Assembly (NCBI GenBank): GCA_965237955.1
Contig: OZ250169.1
Span: 384,001 to 448,000 of the forward strand
Reading direction: 5' to 3'
Source: Candidatus Marinacidobacterales bacterium
GTDB lineage: Bacteria; Acidobacteriota; Vicinamibacteria; Marinacidobacterales; SMYC01
Length of the DNA stretch: 64,000 nucleotides
Numbering within the stretch: position 1 is the first letter of the stretch; every line of letters starts with the position of its first letter. The position numbers and the translations under genes are program-made. This document shows positions 63,485-64,000 of this stretch, piece by piece. The notes under the pieces were generated by a model that saw only the letters and a list, made by a program, of their open reading frames with translations, did no database searches and had not been told where the DNA came from.

Positions 63485-63763
63485 TCAGCCGTCGTCATCG
63501 CCGTGTTCGCCTAGAAGTACCTCCAATGCCTCGTTGAATTCCTTTGTTGAGATCTTTCCTAATGCATTGTTGCTAATCGAGAACTGTATTAGAACTCCAC
63601 CACCATCTTGCACGAACTTTCGCGTAACCTTAGATACGGAGATGTCTTCAAAGTCCGTTCCAATCAGGTTATTCTGCCCGAAAATCGCGCGACCGATTCT
63701 CTGTAGTTGCATCCCTTTCGTCATCTGCCGTCTCCTATTCCGCACACCGAAATCATCTGCCAA
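63485..63763 (-). CDS. Hypothetical protein
   Basis: 92-aa ORF in a lower-GC segment; no recognised motif. Confidence 0.35.
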   Translation of the reverse strand: MADDFGVRNRRRQMTKGMQLQRIGRAIFGQNNLIGTDFEDISVSKVTRKFVQDGGGVLIQFSISNNALGKISTKEFNEALEVLLGEHGDDDG

Positions 63764-64000
63764 GGATTTAGTGGAGAGAGATCAAACTAAAGCTTTGCAA
63801 TCGGCGGTCTGGTGTTGAACAACAACCGCTCCGACTTTGTTGTTCACAGTTCCACTCCAAGAAAGCTGCCATACAGTATGCGTTCCAAGCTTCAGACGTT
63901 CCAGTTCCAGATGCGCTACTGGCCTCTTCTTGGATGACCACCGCGTTCCCAACCACATTCGGAGGCCATCGCGTTCAAAGAGCTTCTTTCGTTTTAACTG

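Noticed and set aside
1-64000. cas genes, reverse transcriptase, tRNA or rRNA; CRISPR-associated transposon
   Set aside because: None recognised. The arrays are adjacent to transposon ends but have no effector genes, so RNA-guided transposition is unsupported.

Overview
This GC-rich bacterial window is not an ordinary chromosomal region. It is a mosaic of about 25 unrelated 0.1-4 kb DNA pieces, many cut mid-gene. The pieces encode surface-glycan enzymes, CotH-type kinases, a sulfatase, a two-component system and defence-gene fragments, and include three different orphan CRISPR arrays. Mobile-element ends join the pieces. The dominant joint is a solo terminal repeat (CGTCCTGTGCCAAAACTCGGCC, 'end A', about 19 copies) from an rve/integrase-core (IS481/IS3-like) insertion sequence. 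Three sister lineages (A, B, C) of this IS are present, and only B (29372-30719) is intact. The DNA abutting end A has a non-random consensus (GGACG|NGNTC), which argues that the junctions were made enzymatically. Also present: two IS21 copies with 7-bp TSDs, an IS3 with a 3-bp TSD, IS5 (IS903-like) and IS6 copies, at least five miniature elements, and two group II intron 3' remnants. No cas, rRNA or tRNA genes were recognised. All family calls come from motif recognition by eye, and an assembly or amplification chimera cannot be excluded without reads.
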